The notes beneath the pieces were generated by a model that ran no database searches, was not told the DNA's origin, and saw nothing but the letters and a program-made list of their open reading frames with translations. 64,000 nt of DNA from Deinococcales bacterium. GTDB taxonomy: Bacteria > Deinococcota > Deinococci > Deinococcales > JAAFIG01. Below are positions 11,343-22,773 of the stretch, piece after piece; positions within the stretch are counted from its first letter, which is position 1, and every line of letters begins with the position of its first letter. A program made the position numbers and the translations under genes. Location of the stretch: NCBI GenBank assembly GCA_031414595.1, contig JANNVX010000018.1:96001-160000 (forward strand), given 5' to 3'.

Positions 11343-12160
11343 TTGAAATTCCGCTCTGGCACAATCTAGGCTCGAGTCAGAGCGAACAACTATCGTGGAG
11401 TTCAACCCAGCCACCGTTTCGTTTGGTACGCAATGTCAGTCAGCCCAGCTTAAGTGTTTTCCTACCAGACCCAAGCATCAACACACAAGCTGCTGTGCTG
11501 ATTTGTCCGGGTGGAGGGTTGCACGTCTTGGCAATTGACCATGAGGGTTTTGAAGTGGCTGAGTGGCTTACGGCTCGAGGTATTGCTGCAATGGTTCTCA
11601 AATACCGTCTGCTCGAGACTCCGCTTGATGATGCCGAATCTGAAGCGTACATTCAACACAACTTGGCTGACCCAAACATTATGCGCCACTTTTCGACTCT
11701 TCACCAAGCAACCATTCTTGCCGATGGACAGCAAGCCATGCGTTTGGTGCGCGAACACGCGTCCATTTGGAACATTCGCCCAGACCGAATTGGCATGATT
11801 GGATTCTCAGCCGGTGGTTTTCTAACCGCGTCTGTGGCACTTGTTCACGATGTCTCGAGCCGCCCAGATTTTGTTGCCCCAATATATGCTGCTCTGTGGG
11901 AAAAACCACAAGCACCACCCAACCCCATGCCGATGTTTTTGGCACTTGCCAGTAACGACAGCTTTGGACAAATCATGATTCAAAGCAGTTTGAACTTATA
12001 CAACGCATGGCAACAAGCGGGCGTGAGTGTCGAACTGCACGCCTATGCCCAAGGACAACATGGTTTTGGCATGAATAAACAAGGTTTACCAAGTGATTAC
12101 TGGATCGAACGTTTTCACGAATGGCTTGAGTCCCAAGGTTTGTTCGAGGTGTCCGTATGA
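11339..12160 (+). CDS. Alpha/beta-hydrolase (carbohydrate esterase-like)
   Basis: CPGGG oxyanion motif, GFSAGG nucleophile elbow, HGFG. Confidence 0.85.
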   Translation: MIEIPLWHNLGSSQSEQLSWSSTQPPFRLVRNVSQPSLSVFLPDPSINTQAAVLICPGGGLHVLAIDHEGFEVAEWLTARGIAAMVLKYRLLETPLDDAESEAYIQHNLADPNIMRHFSTLHQATILADGQQAMRLVREHASIWNIRPDRIGMIGFSAGGFLTASVALVHDVSSRPDFVAPIYAALWEKPQAPPNPMPMFLALASNDSFGQIMIQSSLNLYNAWQQAGVSVELHAYAQGQHGFGMNKQGLPSDYWIERFHEWLESQGLFEVSV

Positions 12161-15100
12161 CTCTAACCATCTCGAATTTGCGTTGTGAATCCTTAACCAA
12201 CCCATTGACGATTGTTGTGCCGTATCCGCGCCTAAGTTGGATTGTTGAATCTCTGGCGCGTAACCAAGTGCAGAGCGCTTATGAAATTTTGGCAGCAAGC
12301 TGCCCTGAATTGCTCGAGCCAGCCAAAGCAGATTTGTGGTCGAGCGGCAAAGTTCAAAGCGATGAGACACTGAACATTGAATACTGTGGGCAGAATCTCG
12401 AGCCAACCAAGTATTGTTATTGGAAAGTTCGGGTTTGGAATGGCGAAGGTATCGTCTCGAGTTGGAGCGAAACGGCTTATTTCGCGGCGGGTTTAACCCA
12501 CAACGATTGGACAGCCGATTGGATTGGTTTTGATGCTACCCGTGATATAGAACTGCCACTTGCTCCTTTTGAAAATGCCAAATGGATTGGCACTGACTCG
12601 AGTGCGGTTTTTCTGGGTGAATTAACCTTGCCAGAAGATGCCAAAATTGCCGATGCTCGAGTGATGATTGCCTCAAATGGACATTTTACTTTGTATTGGG
12701 CGGGTGAGTATTTTGCCCAGAGTCCTCGTGACCAGCATCCCTATATGCGGCGCATGACCGAACGCTTAGAAGCGGGCTTAAACCGCTTTATGATTCGGGT
12801 AGAAGCACCCGAATCGGTGGCGCTGATTTTTCGGTTGGTGGTGCTGCTCGCAGATGGACAAGAAATCAGTTTTTGCTCAAATGAATCTTGGAAAATCAGC
12901 CCGAACATCCTCAAAAATTGGTACGAAGCAGAAGCCCATTCGTGGGTAGAAGCCCGAGTTTTGGCAAATTATGGCGATGCCCCTTGGGGGTTTTTGTATG
13001 GTGATGACAATTTTTTACCACCACCAAGTTATTTGCGCGGCTCACTCGAGTTAGAAAAACCAATCAAGCAAGCCACATTATTTGTTACGGCACTTGGTCA
13101 TTTTGATTTTTTTATCAATGGTCAGCGAATCAACCACAGTTACTTTGACCCCGGCTGGACGGATTACCATCAGCGTTTGTACTACCGTGCTTTTGATGTC
13201 AGTCAGCACTTGCATTCTGGCAAAAATGTACTTGGTGCAGTCCTTGCCGATGGTTGGTTTAGTGGTTATATCGGTTGGTATCACGAGCGCGACATTTACG
13301 GCTTGAATCCGCGTTTGCGAGCGCAGTTACACCTCGAGTTTATGGATGGAACAAAAGAAATTGTGACCACCAACAGCACATGGCAAGCCAGCCTTGGGGG
13401 AATCAGGGAAGCCGATATGCTGATGGGCGAAGTTTTTGACTCGAGGGTCGAGAAAACGGATTGGAATACGCCTTTTTATGATGCTTCTGACTGGCAGGCT
13501 GTCAATACTGGTACAAACTTAAATCCAATCTTTGAGCCTCATCCCGCCCCGCCAGTCGTGGCACTCGAGGCAGCGTGTTTTGTGCCTCGAGTGATCACCG
13601 AGCCAAAGAAAGGTATTTATATTTTTGATTTAGGGCAGAATTTTGCTGGTGTGGTGCGCCTCAAAGTAAAGAACCCCAGTTCAGGGCAGCGAATTACCAT
13701 TCGTCATGCCGAACGCCTGAACAGCGATGGAACGCTTTATACCCGTAATCTTCGCACGGCTCGAGCCGTAGATGTTTATATTTGTTCTGGTCAACCCGAA
13801 GAAACTTGGTCGCCGCGTTTTACCTTTCATGGGTTTCAGTATGTCGAAGTAACAGGTTTAACTTCCGCGCCAGATTTTGAAACCATTATGGGAATTCCGC
13901 TCAGTTCTGATACGCCGTTAGCTGGTTCGTTTGAATGCTCCGATGAACTGGTCAATAAATTGGTGAGCAATACCTACTGGTCGCAGCGTTCAAACTTTCT
14001 TGAAGTGATTACCGATTGTCCGCAACGCGACGAACGGCTTGGTTGGGGCGATGGTGCTTGGACTTTTATTGGTGCAGCCGCAATGCGAAGTGATGTTCAG
14101 ACTTTTTATAACAAATGGACACAAGATTTTATTGATGCCCAACTTCCCGATGGACAATTCCCGTGGTTAGCCCCGTTGGTGGTGCTAAGTGCCAACAACA
14201 TCGGACCGCTTTGGTCTGGCTCGAGTCCGGCTTGGTCAGATGCGGGGATTATCTGCCCGTGGATGATTTACCAGCGTTATGGCGACCTGCGCCAACTCGA
14301 GCGCTCGTACCCAGCCATGGTTAGGCAAATTGAGTGGTATGTCAATACTAGTGGCGCTGATTTACTACCGCCCGAAGAATTTGTCAGTCTGGGGGATTGG
14401 TTAAACCATAATGCCCCAATTCCGCACGATCTTTTCCGCACGATGTTTTTTGCGTATAGCACAAATTTATTGGCGCAGTCGGCTCGAGTTTTGGGGTATC
14501 TTGAAGATGCACAGCGCTTTCTGAATTTGTATGAGCGGATTAAAACCGCTTTTCAAGCCGAGTATCTACTGCCTGACGGACGAATTTTCGGCGATGTCCA
14601 AGGTTGTTATGCCCTCGCTATTACTTTTGATTTACTCGAGCCAGACCAAGCCAAAAAAGCCTTAGAACACCTGATTAAAAGAATCGAAGCTGACCAGTTT
14701 AGACCCAGCACTGGACTCGAGGCAACGCTGCCCTTGATGCTGGCTTTAAGTAAAATGAAACGTTCCGATATAGCCTATAAATTGCTGCATAACCGCGAGT
14801 TTCCTGGTTGGAATTTTTCTATTCTGAATGGCGCAACCACGATTTGGGAGCGCTGGAATTCTTGGACTCCTGAAAACGGATTTGGTGACTCGAGTATGAA
14901 TTCGTTTAATCATTTTTCTTTGGGTGCGGTGTATCAATGGATAACCGAAACGATTGGCGGGATTCGACTGAGCGGGGTTGCGTTTAAGCACATCATGATT
15001 GCCCCACAACTCGGTGGAGTTGTTTCCTCGGCTCAAGCCGTTTTGAACAGCCCCCGAGGGCGAATTAAAACTGAATGGAAAATTGAAAACGATCACTTTT

Positions 15101-15285
15101 ACCTAGCTGTAGAAATACCAGCCAACACCACGGCTACCCTTGTTCTGCCAAACTCGAGTCATCAGAATGTGACCGAAAACGGTTTGCCACTCGAGTCAGC
15201 TTTCATTCATTCCCAAGAAGCCAAACAATTGACTTTAAGCCTTGGTTCAGGGTTGTATCAATTTTTGGTTAAACAGTTTGAGTAG
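12157..15285 (+). CDS. GH78 alpha-L-rhamnosidase
   Basis: DLGQNFAG, FTFHGFQY, TDCPQRDERLGWGD, GATTIWERW, SFNH. Confidence 0.93.
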   Translation: MTLTISNLRCESLTNPLTIVVPYPRLSWIVESLARNQVQSAYEILAASCPELLEPAKADLWSSGKVQSDETLNIEYCGQNLEPTKYCYWKVRVWNGEGIVSSWSETAYFAAGLTHNDWTADWIGFDATRDIELPLAPFENAKWIGTDSSAVFLGELTLPEDAKIADARVMIASNGHFTLYWAGEYFAQSPRDQHPYMRRMTERLEAGLNRFMIRVEAPESVALIFRLVVLLADGQEISFCSNESWKISPNILKNWYEAEAHSWVEARVLANYGDAPWGFLYGDDNFLPPPSYLRGSLELEKPIKQATLFVTALGHFDFFINGQRINHSYFDPGWTDYHQRLYYRAFDVSQHLHSGKNVLGAVLADGWFSGYIGWYHERDIYGLNPRLRAQLHLEFMDGTKEIVTTNSTWQASLGGIREADMLMGEVFDSRVEKTDWNTPFYDASDWQAVNTGTNLNPIFEPHPAPPVVALEAACFVPRVITEPKKGIYIFDLGQNFAGVVRLKVKNPSSGQRITIRHAERLNSDGTLYTRNLRTARAVDVYICSGQPEETWSPRFTFHGFQYVEVTGLTSAPDFETIMGIPLSSDTPLAGSFECSDELVNKLVSNTYWSQRSNFLEVITDCPQRDERLGWGDGAWTFIGAAAMRSDVQTFYNKWTQDFIDAQLPDGQFPWLAPLVVLSANNIGPLWSGSSPAWSDAGIICPWMIYQRYGDLRQLERSYPAMVRQIEWYVNTSGADLLPPEEFVSLGDWLNHNAPIPHDLFRTMFFAYSTNLLAQSARVLGYLEDAQRFLNLYERIKTAFQAEYLLPDGRIFGDVQGCYALAITFDLLEPDQAKKALEHLIKRIEADQFRPSTGLEATLPLMLALSKMKRSDIAYKLLHNREFPGWNFSILNGATTIWERWNSWTPENGFGDSSMNSFNHFSLGAVYQWITETIGGIRLSGVAFKHIMIAPQLGGVVSSAQAVLNSPRGRIKTEWKIENDHFYLAVEIPANTTATLVLPNSSHQNVTENGLPLESAFIHSQEAKQLTLSLGSGLYQFLVKQFE

Positions 15286-16387
15286 AAATTTCTGCCAAAA
15301 AAGCCTTGACCCGTTTTGTTAAACGCTCGGTCTCGAGCAAAAAAGCATCATGCCCATGTGGGCTGCTGAGTTCCCAATACTGCCCGTTTTGTACGGTTTC
15401 GGCAATTTCTCGAGCTTCGGCGGGTAAGTACAAAATATCTGATGAAATTCCGACGCTTAAAATCGGTACAGCAATCTGCTCGAGTTGAGCAGGGGAGAGG
15501 TCAAACCTGTCCATTGCCTTGGTAATGCAGATGTAACTATTGGCATCAAAGCGCTCGAGAAGCCGCTCACCTTGGTGTTCTAAGTACGTTTCCATCGCAA
15601 AGCGCTTTGCGTCGGTGGGGCTGGGACGACGACCTTGGGTTAGCCCAAAAGATTCTGGACTGCGAAAAAACAAGGTCGTGATGGCTCGAGCCAGTGCCAA
15701 ACCTTGGGGCTGAGCCGTGTATTTGCCGTTTTTATAGTCTGGGTCGTTTTGGATTGCCATTCGTGCCAGATGATTAAAAGTAATCCCCCATGCACTATGT
15801 CGGGCTGGAGCGCCAATAATTACCCCAGCACCAATTTCGGGGTATAAACGCAGCCACTCGAGGGCTTGCATTCCGCCCATGCTGCCGCCAACCACCGCTT
15901 TGATGCGTTGTACCCCCAGATGCTCGAGCAGGGCAGCTTGAACCCGTACCATGTCGGTGATGGTGATGTCTGGGAAATTGTTGCCGTAAGTACGGTTGGT
16001 GCTTGGGTCAAGGCTGGTAGCCCCTGTACTGCCATAACAACCGCCCAGTACATTGGCGCAAATAATAAAATCGGTTTCGGTGTCAAGCATTGCCCCCGCG
16101 CCAAGGCTTTCCGACCACCACGAAGCCACACTGCTCGAGCCAGTCAAGGCATGACAGACCACCACAGCATTGTCTTTGGCTTGGTTTAACTGCCCGTAAG
16201 TGCTGTATGCCACCCGAACCATTGGCAAAGTACCACCCATCTCGAGTTGCAGAGGCTCTTGGACAAACAAGGTGGTGTGACGGACATCCAATTCTGAGGG
16301 TTTGGGTTCAGGAAAAAGTACCCGAACCTCAAAATCCCCAAGGCGTTCAATTTCAAAGTTTTGTTCTGGCTTAAAAGATACGGTCAT
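15269..16387 (-). CDS. metX: Homoserine O-acetyltransferase
   Basis: CHALTG, GGSMGG, RFDANSY, HGHDAFL; downstream of metY. Confidence 0.93.
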   Translation of the reverse strand: MTVSFKPEQNFEIERLGDFEVRVLFPEPKPSELDVRHTTLFVQEPLQLEMGGTLPMVRVAYSTYGQLNQAKDNAVVVCHALTGSSSVASWWSESLGAGAMLDTETDFIICANVLGGCYGSTGATSLDPSTNRTYGNNFPDITITDMVRVQAALLEHLGVQRIKAVVGGSMGGMQALEWLRLYPEIGAGVIIGAPARHSAWGITFNHLARMAIQNDPDYKNGKYTAQPQGLALARAITTLFFRSPESFGLTQGRRPSPTDAKRFAMETYLEHQGERLLERFDANSYICITKAMDRFDLSPAQLEQIAVPILSVGISSDILYLPAEAREIAETVQNGQYWELSSPHGHDAFLLETERLTKRVKAFLAEISTQTV

Positions 16388-16632
16388 GCGACTTCCAGAC
16401 TATCCACCAAACAATACTCGAGAATGATGGCTTCTATCCCTTCCAGTAAAGTATTCTTGATGACTAGGCTACTTGTTAGGTCAAATTCTCGCTTTAGAAT
16501 CTCGAGTTGTAAATGCCAAGGTTGTAGGTCATGTTGGCAAACAAATTGCCCTCGAGGAAAACGTCGTTTTTGGATTCCAGTGGCATAATGCACCAATGTA
16601 CGATATGAACCACAAGTTGGACAGTCAAGCAT
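16384..16632 (-). CDS. Hypothetical 82-aa protein with N-terminal CxxC
   Basis: AAGGA RBS, fills the metY-metX gap, ATGA overlap with metX start. Confidence 0.6.
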   Translation of the reverse strand: MLDCPTCGSYRTLVHYATGIQKRRFPRGQFVCQHDLQPWHLQLEILKREFDLTSSLVIKNTLLEGIEAIILEYCLVDSLEVA

Positions 16633-16640
16633 TAAAATCC

Positions 16641-18040
<1,400 letters not shown>

Positions 18041-18064
18041 AGGACTGCATTGAATTAACCCATT

Positions 18065-18268
18065 CTCTTATCTCTGCCGCGTGGCGGCTGGAATTAGCAC
18101 CGAAAGGGTTAAATTTGACTTTTATTACAACACAAATTCACTCACCCTAATCGGTGATTAAACATTCGCATTGTAAAGAGTTGAGTCATTTGTTTCCTAG
18201 GTTGCTGCGACGCTCTTTCGTGTTTTGCACGGATTTCGAGCCAGTCTCTTGCGTCGCTCTGGATAAGT
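18065..18268 (-). ncRNA. SAM-I (S-box) riboswitch with insertions in P2 and P3
   Basis: Minus strand CTTATCCAGAG...GACTGGC...GCAACC...GGTGCTAATTCC...AGATAAG core; upstream of metY; TTGACA(18352-18347)-18-TACAGT promoter upstream. Confidence 0.9.
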
Positions 18269-18363
18269 GGTGTGGCACGCCGATGAAGCGCACAGGTTCG
18301 CAAAAAACTGAACTTAGTAAGAACTGTAAGGTACTTGGGCTAAATTTGTCAAGTGCAAAAAAA

Positions 18364-18726
18364 TTACTCGAGCGATTTGCGTTCGCGCCGAGCTTCGCGG
18401 CGCACTTTTGGGTCTAAACCAATCATCAAAAAGAAGTTCTCCAAAGCGTTTTCTTTACCTTTGATGTCTGGATGTGCGTCTTCGGCTGTACCATTGACGA
18501 ACGGTAGGGCGCGGTACAACTCGAGGGCTTTGACCACCACATCTTCAGCCGCGCCCGATTCGGCGAGTTCTGCCAGTGTGCCGTAAATTTCGCGCCGACT
18601 TTCGGCATGTTGCGTGAAAGTTTCAGGGCTTGGTGTTTCGGGCGCTCTGAGTAAATCCTGTTTGGCAATTCGGCGATAATGCTTTAAGCCACGTAGAATT
18701 TCCTCGCTCGAGTAGGTTACATTCAT
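18364..18726 (-). CDS. Hypothetical helical protein (120 aa)
   Basis: Strong AGGAGG RBS, own consensus promoter, charged protein-like composition. Confidence 0.8.
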   Translation of the reverse strand: MNVTYSSEEILRGLKHYRRIAKQDLLRAPETPSPETFTQHAESRREIYGTLAELAESGAAEDVVVKALELYRALPFVNGTAEDAHPDIKGKENALENFFLMIGLDPKVRREARRERKSLE

Positions 18727-18815
18727 GCCTTACCTCCTAGAATTGTGGACACAAATGCCGCCCGTGGGCGGCGAAGTTGAAGAAGCCAAGTAAGATTCTG
18801 ATTCACGATGCCTAG

Positions 18816-18844
18816 AGTATAAGTTTCTAGGGGAATGGTGTCAA
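18816..18844 (-). promoter_or_regulatory. Near-consensus sigma-70 promoter
   Basis: TTGACA(18844-18839)-17-TATACT(18821-18816). Confidence 0.75.
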
Positions 18845-18938
18845 CGCACCCAAAAATTAAATTTTTCACACTCGAGCCACAAAGTAGGTTAGATAGGTTG
18901 TTTTGCTTGGGTGTGCCTACCATGTTACCTTAGCAGCC

Positions 18939-19823
18939 ATGACCGAAGTCCAAAAAGGTTTTTTTGCGGCTCTGGCTGCCAGTGCAATTTGGGGTGGAAT
19001 GTATGTGGTCTCGAGAATCGTTCTCGAGGTGATTCCGCCGCTTCCATTGGTGGCATTGCGGATGTTGATTTCGACACTTTTTATTTTTGGATTGTATTTT
19101 TTACTGCGCCGTGAATTGCGTATCCCCAAAAGCGCATGGTCTCGAGTGGCGGTCATGGGGATTGTTGGCTATGTGGTCAGTATCTCGGCGCAATTTATTG
19201 GCACAAAACTGGCGGGTGCAGCCCTTGGGAGTTTAATCACCACTGCCTCACCGCTTTTTACAGTGGCAATCGCGGCTCTTTTTGGTTTTGAAAAAGTCGC
19301 ACCTCGGGCATGGCTTGGTTTAGGGCTGGGGATGGTGGCAGTTTACTTACTCAGTGGCGTAAGTGGCGGCGGTGATGCCACAGGTGCATTGTGGTTGGTT
19401 CTTGCTGCCCTCACATGGGGGGTACTTGGAGTGGTCGGCGGTCAAACCGTGGCTAAACTCGATGCTTTTGCGGTGACAGCATGGGCAAGTTTAATCGGAT
19501 GTATTGGCACATCTGCCCTGATTCCCCTCGAGACCAGCCCAATTCGTTTTGAAGCAATTAACCTTCCCGTTATTCTAGGAATACTTTACTTGGGGATTGT
19601 TTCAACTGCTGTTGCCTTTGCCTTGTGGGTGTATGGAGTCTCGAGGGCGGGCAGTGTTTTATCTGGAATCGCTTTTTTTGCCCAACCCGTGGTTGGGTCT
19701 TTACTTGGGGCGTTACTGCTGAATGAAAAACTGAACTCGAGTTTTATAATTGCCGCAGGGTTATTATTTTTTGGTGCTTGGCTGGCACGACCTACGCCAA
19801 GCAAGCAACCAGAATCCGCTTAA
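18939..19823 (+). CDS. DMT/EamA family transporter
   Basis: About 10 TM helices in two EamA repeats; IWG, YLGIVSTAVAF, LLNEKL. Confidence 0.9.
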   Translation: MTEVQKGFFAALAASAIWGGMYVVSRIVLEVIPPLPLVALRMLISTLFIFGLYFLLRRELRIPKSAWSRVAVMGIVGYVVSISAQFIGTKLAGAALGSLITTASPLFTVAIAALFGFEKVAPRAWLGLGLGMVAVYLLSGVSGGGDATGALWLVLAALTWGVLGVVGGQTVAKLDAFAVTAWASLIGCIGTSALIPLETSPIRFEAINLPVILGILYLGIVSTAVAFALWVYGVSRAGSVLSGIAFFAQPVVGSLLGALLLNEKLNSSFIIAAGLLFFGAWLARPTPSKQPESA

Positions 19824-21296
19824 GGACAGCAACAACAACAGCACTGCCAAGGCACTGGCTTCGCCAATCTGGTTAGGACGGGCAAGACGTTGGTAAATCA
19901 AAGTGGTTAGGGTTGCCCATTCTGGACGCGAGAGCATTAAAGTCGCAGCGAATTCCCCGACGACCACAGCAAATGCAAGGGCGATGCCACTGCGAATAGA
20001 AGGCTCAATTAACGGCAGCAGAATAAACCAAAATTCTTGCCACCTGTTTGCTCCATCTAAACTGGCAGCTTGGAGCATCTCTGGCTCGAGTTGCCGCAAT
20101 GCCGCAAGTGTGGCTCGAGTGATGAGTGGGTAGGCGGTTAGGGCATACACAGCAATCAGAAGCGGCAGACTGGCGCTTAGGCTTGGGTACGAGACCAGAT
20201 AAGCCACCCCAAGCAGGGTACTCGAGATGGCAAGTGGCAATAAAGACAGCGCATCTAAAAAATTGTTTTTGCTGCGCCAAACGGCGAGCGCGTAACTGAT
20301 GCCTAATGGTATGGCAACCGCTAAAGCCAAAGCTGCAAAGCGAAGATTGTTCCAAATGGCGGTGCTAAGACTGATTTGAAAAACACTGCTCGAGACAGCA
20401 AAAAGCTGTTGGTAATGGCGTAATGTCAGTCCTGTAGGACTCCAAACACTTTTTATTAACACAGTTAAAAGTGGTGCAAAAGTCAGAAGTACCAAAAATC
20501 CGATGCTCCCAATCAATGCCCCTCGAGTCCAACCAGTGGCTTTAGGGCGGTACGCATCAAAATTTTGGCTTTGGCTGTGGCGACCTTCAAAACTTGTCAC
20601 CAACCACGCCGCACCAAAAGTGATTAAAAATTGTAGCAAGGCTAAACCAGCCGCCACCTCGAGTTCAAGACGTTGGATGCTTAAGTACATCTCGACTTCT
20701 ACGGTGGCAAAAACAGAACCACCCAGTAAAAGTGGCACACCAAAACTGGCAAAGGTGTACAAAAATGTAAAACCCGCTCCGATAAATGCACTTGGCAGCG
20801 CCAAAGGCAGCGTCACAAAACGCCAAACTTGCCATGTCGTTGCTCCTTCAAGCCTTGCCACATCCTCGAGTTCAAGGCTACGTGAACCCAAAGCCGTCAT
20901 CACAAAGCGAATGGCTAAGCCAAGGTTATAAAAAATATTTGCCAGTAGCACCAGCCACAGCGTTCCCTCGAGATTATAAATCCAGCCTTTTGCGCCAAAT
21001 AAGCCCAGAAAACCAAGGCCTGCCACCAAAACTGGCACGACAAAAGGAATGCTGAGTATGGCTTCTAACCAAGGCTTACCACGAAACGAAAATCTCGAGA
21101 AGAAACTGCCAAACATCAAAGCCAGAACCAGAACCAGCAGACTCGAGAGGCTGGCTTGCAGTAAAGTCATGGCTAAGCGTTCAAGGATAAACGGGTTAGT
21201 AAAGACTTGTAAATTGATACCTCGAGCCAGCAAGGTCAGGGTTGGAATCACCAAACAAAATAGTAAGAACAGCAAAAGTGGTATTGAGAGCAGCAT
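19764..21296 (-). CDS. ThiP/FbpB-type ABC transporter permease (thiamine or Fe3+)
   Basis: Two permease repeats (EDVARLEGA, QAASLDGA), PFVVPVLV, GEFAAT; exact start uncertain. Confidence 0.82.
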   Translation of the reverse strand: MLLSIPLLLFLLFCLVIPTLTLLARGINLQVFTNPFILERLAMTLLQASLSSLLVLVLALMFGSFFSRFSFRGKPWLEAILSIPFVVPVLVAGLGFLGLFGAKGWIYNLEGTLWLVLLANIFYNLGLAIRFVMTALGSRSLELEDVARLEGATTWQVWRFVTLPLALPSAFIGAGFTFLYTFASFGVPLLLGGSVFATVEVEMYLSIQRLELEVAAGLALLQFLITFGAAWLVTSFEGRHSQSQNFDAYRPKATGWTRGALIGSIGFLVLLTFAPLLTVLIKSVWSPTGLTLRHYQQLFAVSSSVFQISLSTAIWNNLRFAALALAVAIPLGISYALAVWRSKNNFLDALSLLPLAISSTLLGVAYLVSYPSLSASLPLLIAVYALTAYPLITRATLAALRQLEPEMLQAASLDGANRWQEFWFILLPLIEPSIRSGIALAFAVVVGEFAATLMLSRPEWATLTTLIYQRLARPNQIGEASALAVLLLLLSLSGFWLLAWRRSCQPSTKK

Positions 21297-21409
21297 TGTT
21301 TTTATTGTCTTGCAATTCGAGTCAAAACACAATGGTTTTTGGGTAACGAGTACAATGGTTTGCTGCTAAACTAAGTGGCATGAAAATTCAGTCATTCAGG
21401 TAATGGATA

Positions 21410-22036
21410 ATGCGGCTTGATAAACTCCCTCCTGTTGGTCATTTTGAACGCTCACAAGATGAGATACTTTCGCAAAGCATCACGGCATACTTCTTGGGAC
21501 GTTGTGAATTCCCAAATAATCAAGCCGAAATCAGTATTCTTGGACATGAAACCATGCCGCCAACGGTTTATGACCTCGCTTGGAAACTCGAGCCGTCCGA
21601 AAACTGGTTCGCCCACCGCCTCGGCACGATTTACCATGATGTTAATGCCAAAGGTGAATTTGTCAGTGCTGGCGCAGCCGCGATTTTGGTCACGGACAGG
21701 CATGTTCGTCTAATGGTTGGGGCTGGTGTCTACAATAAATCCTTGGCGGTGCGTGGTTCGCGTTCCGAAGGCACGCATTTGGAAAAGTACGTTTTTAGGT
21801 TTATTGAATTAGCCAGTATTGCGGCTGGCGACGTTTTAATTTTAGAACACTGGAAACTCGGCAAGTTCTTTCTCAAAATCCCGTGGGCGAGGTCTTTGGC
21901 AGCACTTATTTCGGGGCTTCGTGTCAATGCCAAATCGCCTAAAATTCTCGAGAATAGTGTCATCACAAGCGCCCAAAAAAACCGTCTTGGTTCGGTTCGC
22001 ACCGTGCAGATTTTGGATGTTCAGGGTAAAGTGTAG
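21410..22036 (+). CDS. Hypothetical protein
   Basis: 208-aa ORF heading the + strand gene run; no recognised motif. Confidence 0.6.
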   Translation: MRLDKLPPVGHFERSQDEILSQSITAYFLGRCEFPNNQAEISILGHETMPPTVYDLAWKLEPSENWFAHRLGTIYHDVNAKGEFVSAGAAAILVTDRHVRLMVGAGVYNKSLAVRGSRSEGTHLEKYVFRFIELASIAAGDVLILEHWKLGKFFLKIPWARSLAALISGLRVNAKSPKILENSVITSAQKNRLGSVRTVQILDVQGKV

Positions 22037-22050
22037 TCAAAGAGGTCATT

Positions 22051-22773
22051 ATGAAAATAGGTTTACAACTGTACAGCATCCGTGATTCCCTTGGCTTAGA
22101 TTACTTGGCAACCTTGCAACAAGTTAGACAAATGGGGTACTCAGGGGTTGAATTGTTCGGAGAGCATCATTCGGGTGCTGACACCAAAGCCATGCTCGAG
22201 ACTTCTGGTTTAGTGTCAATAGCCCATCATTTTACTTTTGACCAACTGCGCTCTGATTTTGCAGCTTGTGCTGGACGCGCTAAAGAGATTGGCACGGACT
22301 TTTTGGTCTGTGCATGGAGTATGCCGTCTGAAACACTCGGTTGGCAAGAAATTCTAAACGGATTATCTGAAATTGCCCAAAAAGCTCAGCAAGCCAACTT
22401 GCGTTTTGCTTATCACAACCACGACCATGAAATCCGTCAAACCTTAAATAATACTTCAGTGATGGAGCAAATTTTATTGCTGACAAATGGCGAAATAGAT
22501 GTGGCTTGGGTTCATGCTGGCGGACAAAATCCAGCCGTTTTTCTCGAGCAACATGCTCAAAAAGCACACTTGCTGCACATTAAAGATGTTTTACTCGAGG
22601 GTGAGACTTGGCAAACTGTAGAACTCGGACATGGTACTGTGCCACTGAGCGAAGTTTTACAAGTTGCTCTAAAAACCCCGTCCGAATGGCTGATTGTCGA
22701 ACAAGACCACAGTCCAGACCCGTTAGGCAGCGCAGAACGCAATATACAGTGGTTAAAGGCTGCTCTGGGATAA
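22051..22773 (+). CDS. Sugar phosphate isomerase/epimerase (xylose-isomerase-like TIM barrel)
   Basis: IGLQLYSIR, YHNHDHE, HIKD, ELGHG, IVEQD. Confidence 0.9.
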   Translation: MKIGLQLYSIRDSLGLDYLATLQQVRQMGYSGVELFGEHHSGADTKAMLETSGLVSIAHHFTFDQLRSDFAACAGRAKEIGTDFLVCAWSMPSETLGWQEILNGLSEIAQKAQQANLRFAYHNHDHEIRQTLNNTSVMEQILLLTNGEIDVAWVHAGGQNPAVFLEQHAQKAHLLHIKDVLLEGETWQTVELGHGTVPLSEVLQVALKTPSEWLIVEQDHSPDPLGSAERNIQWLKAALG

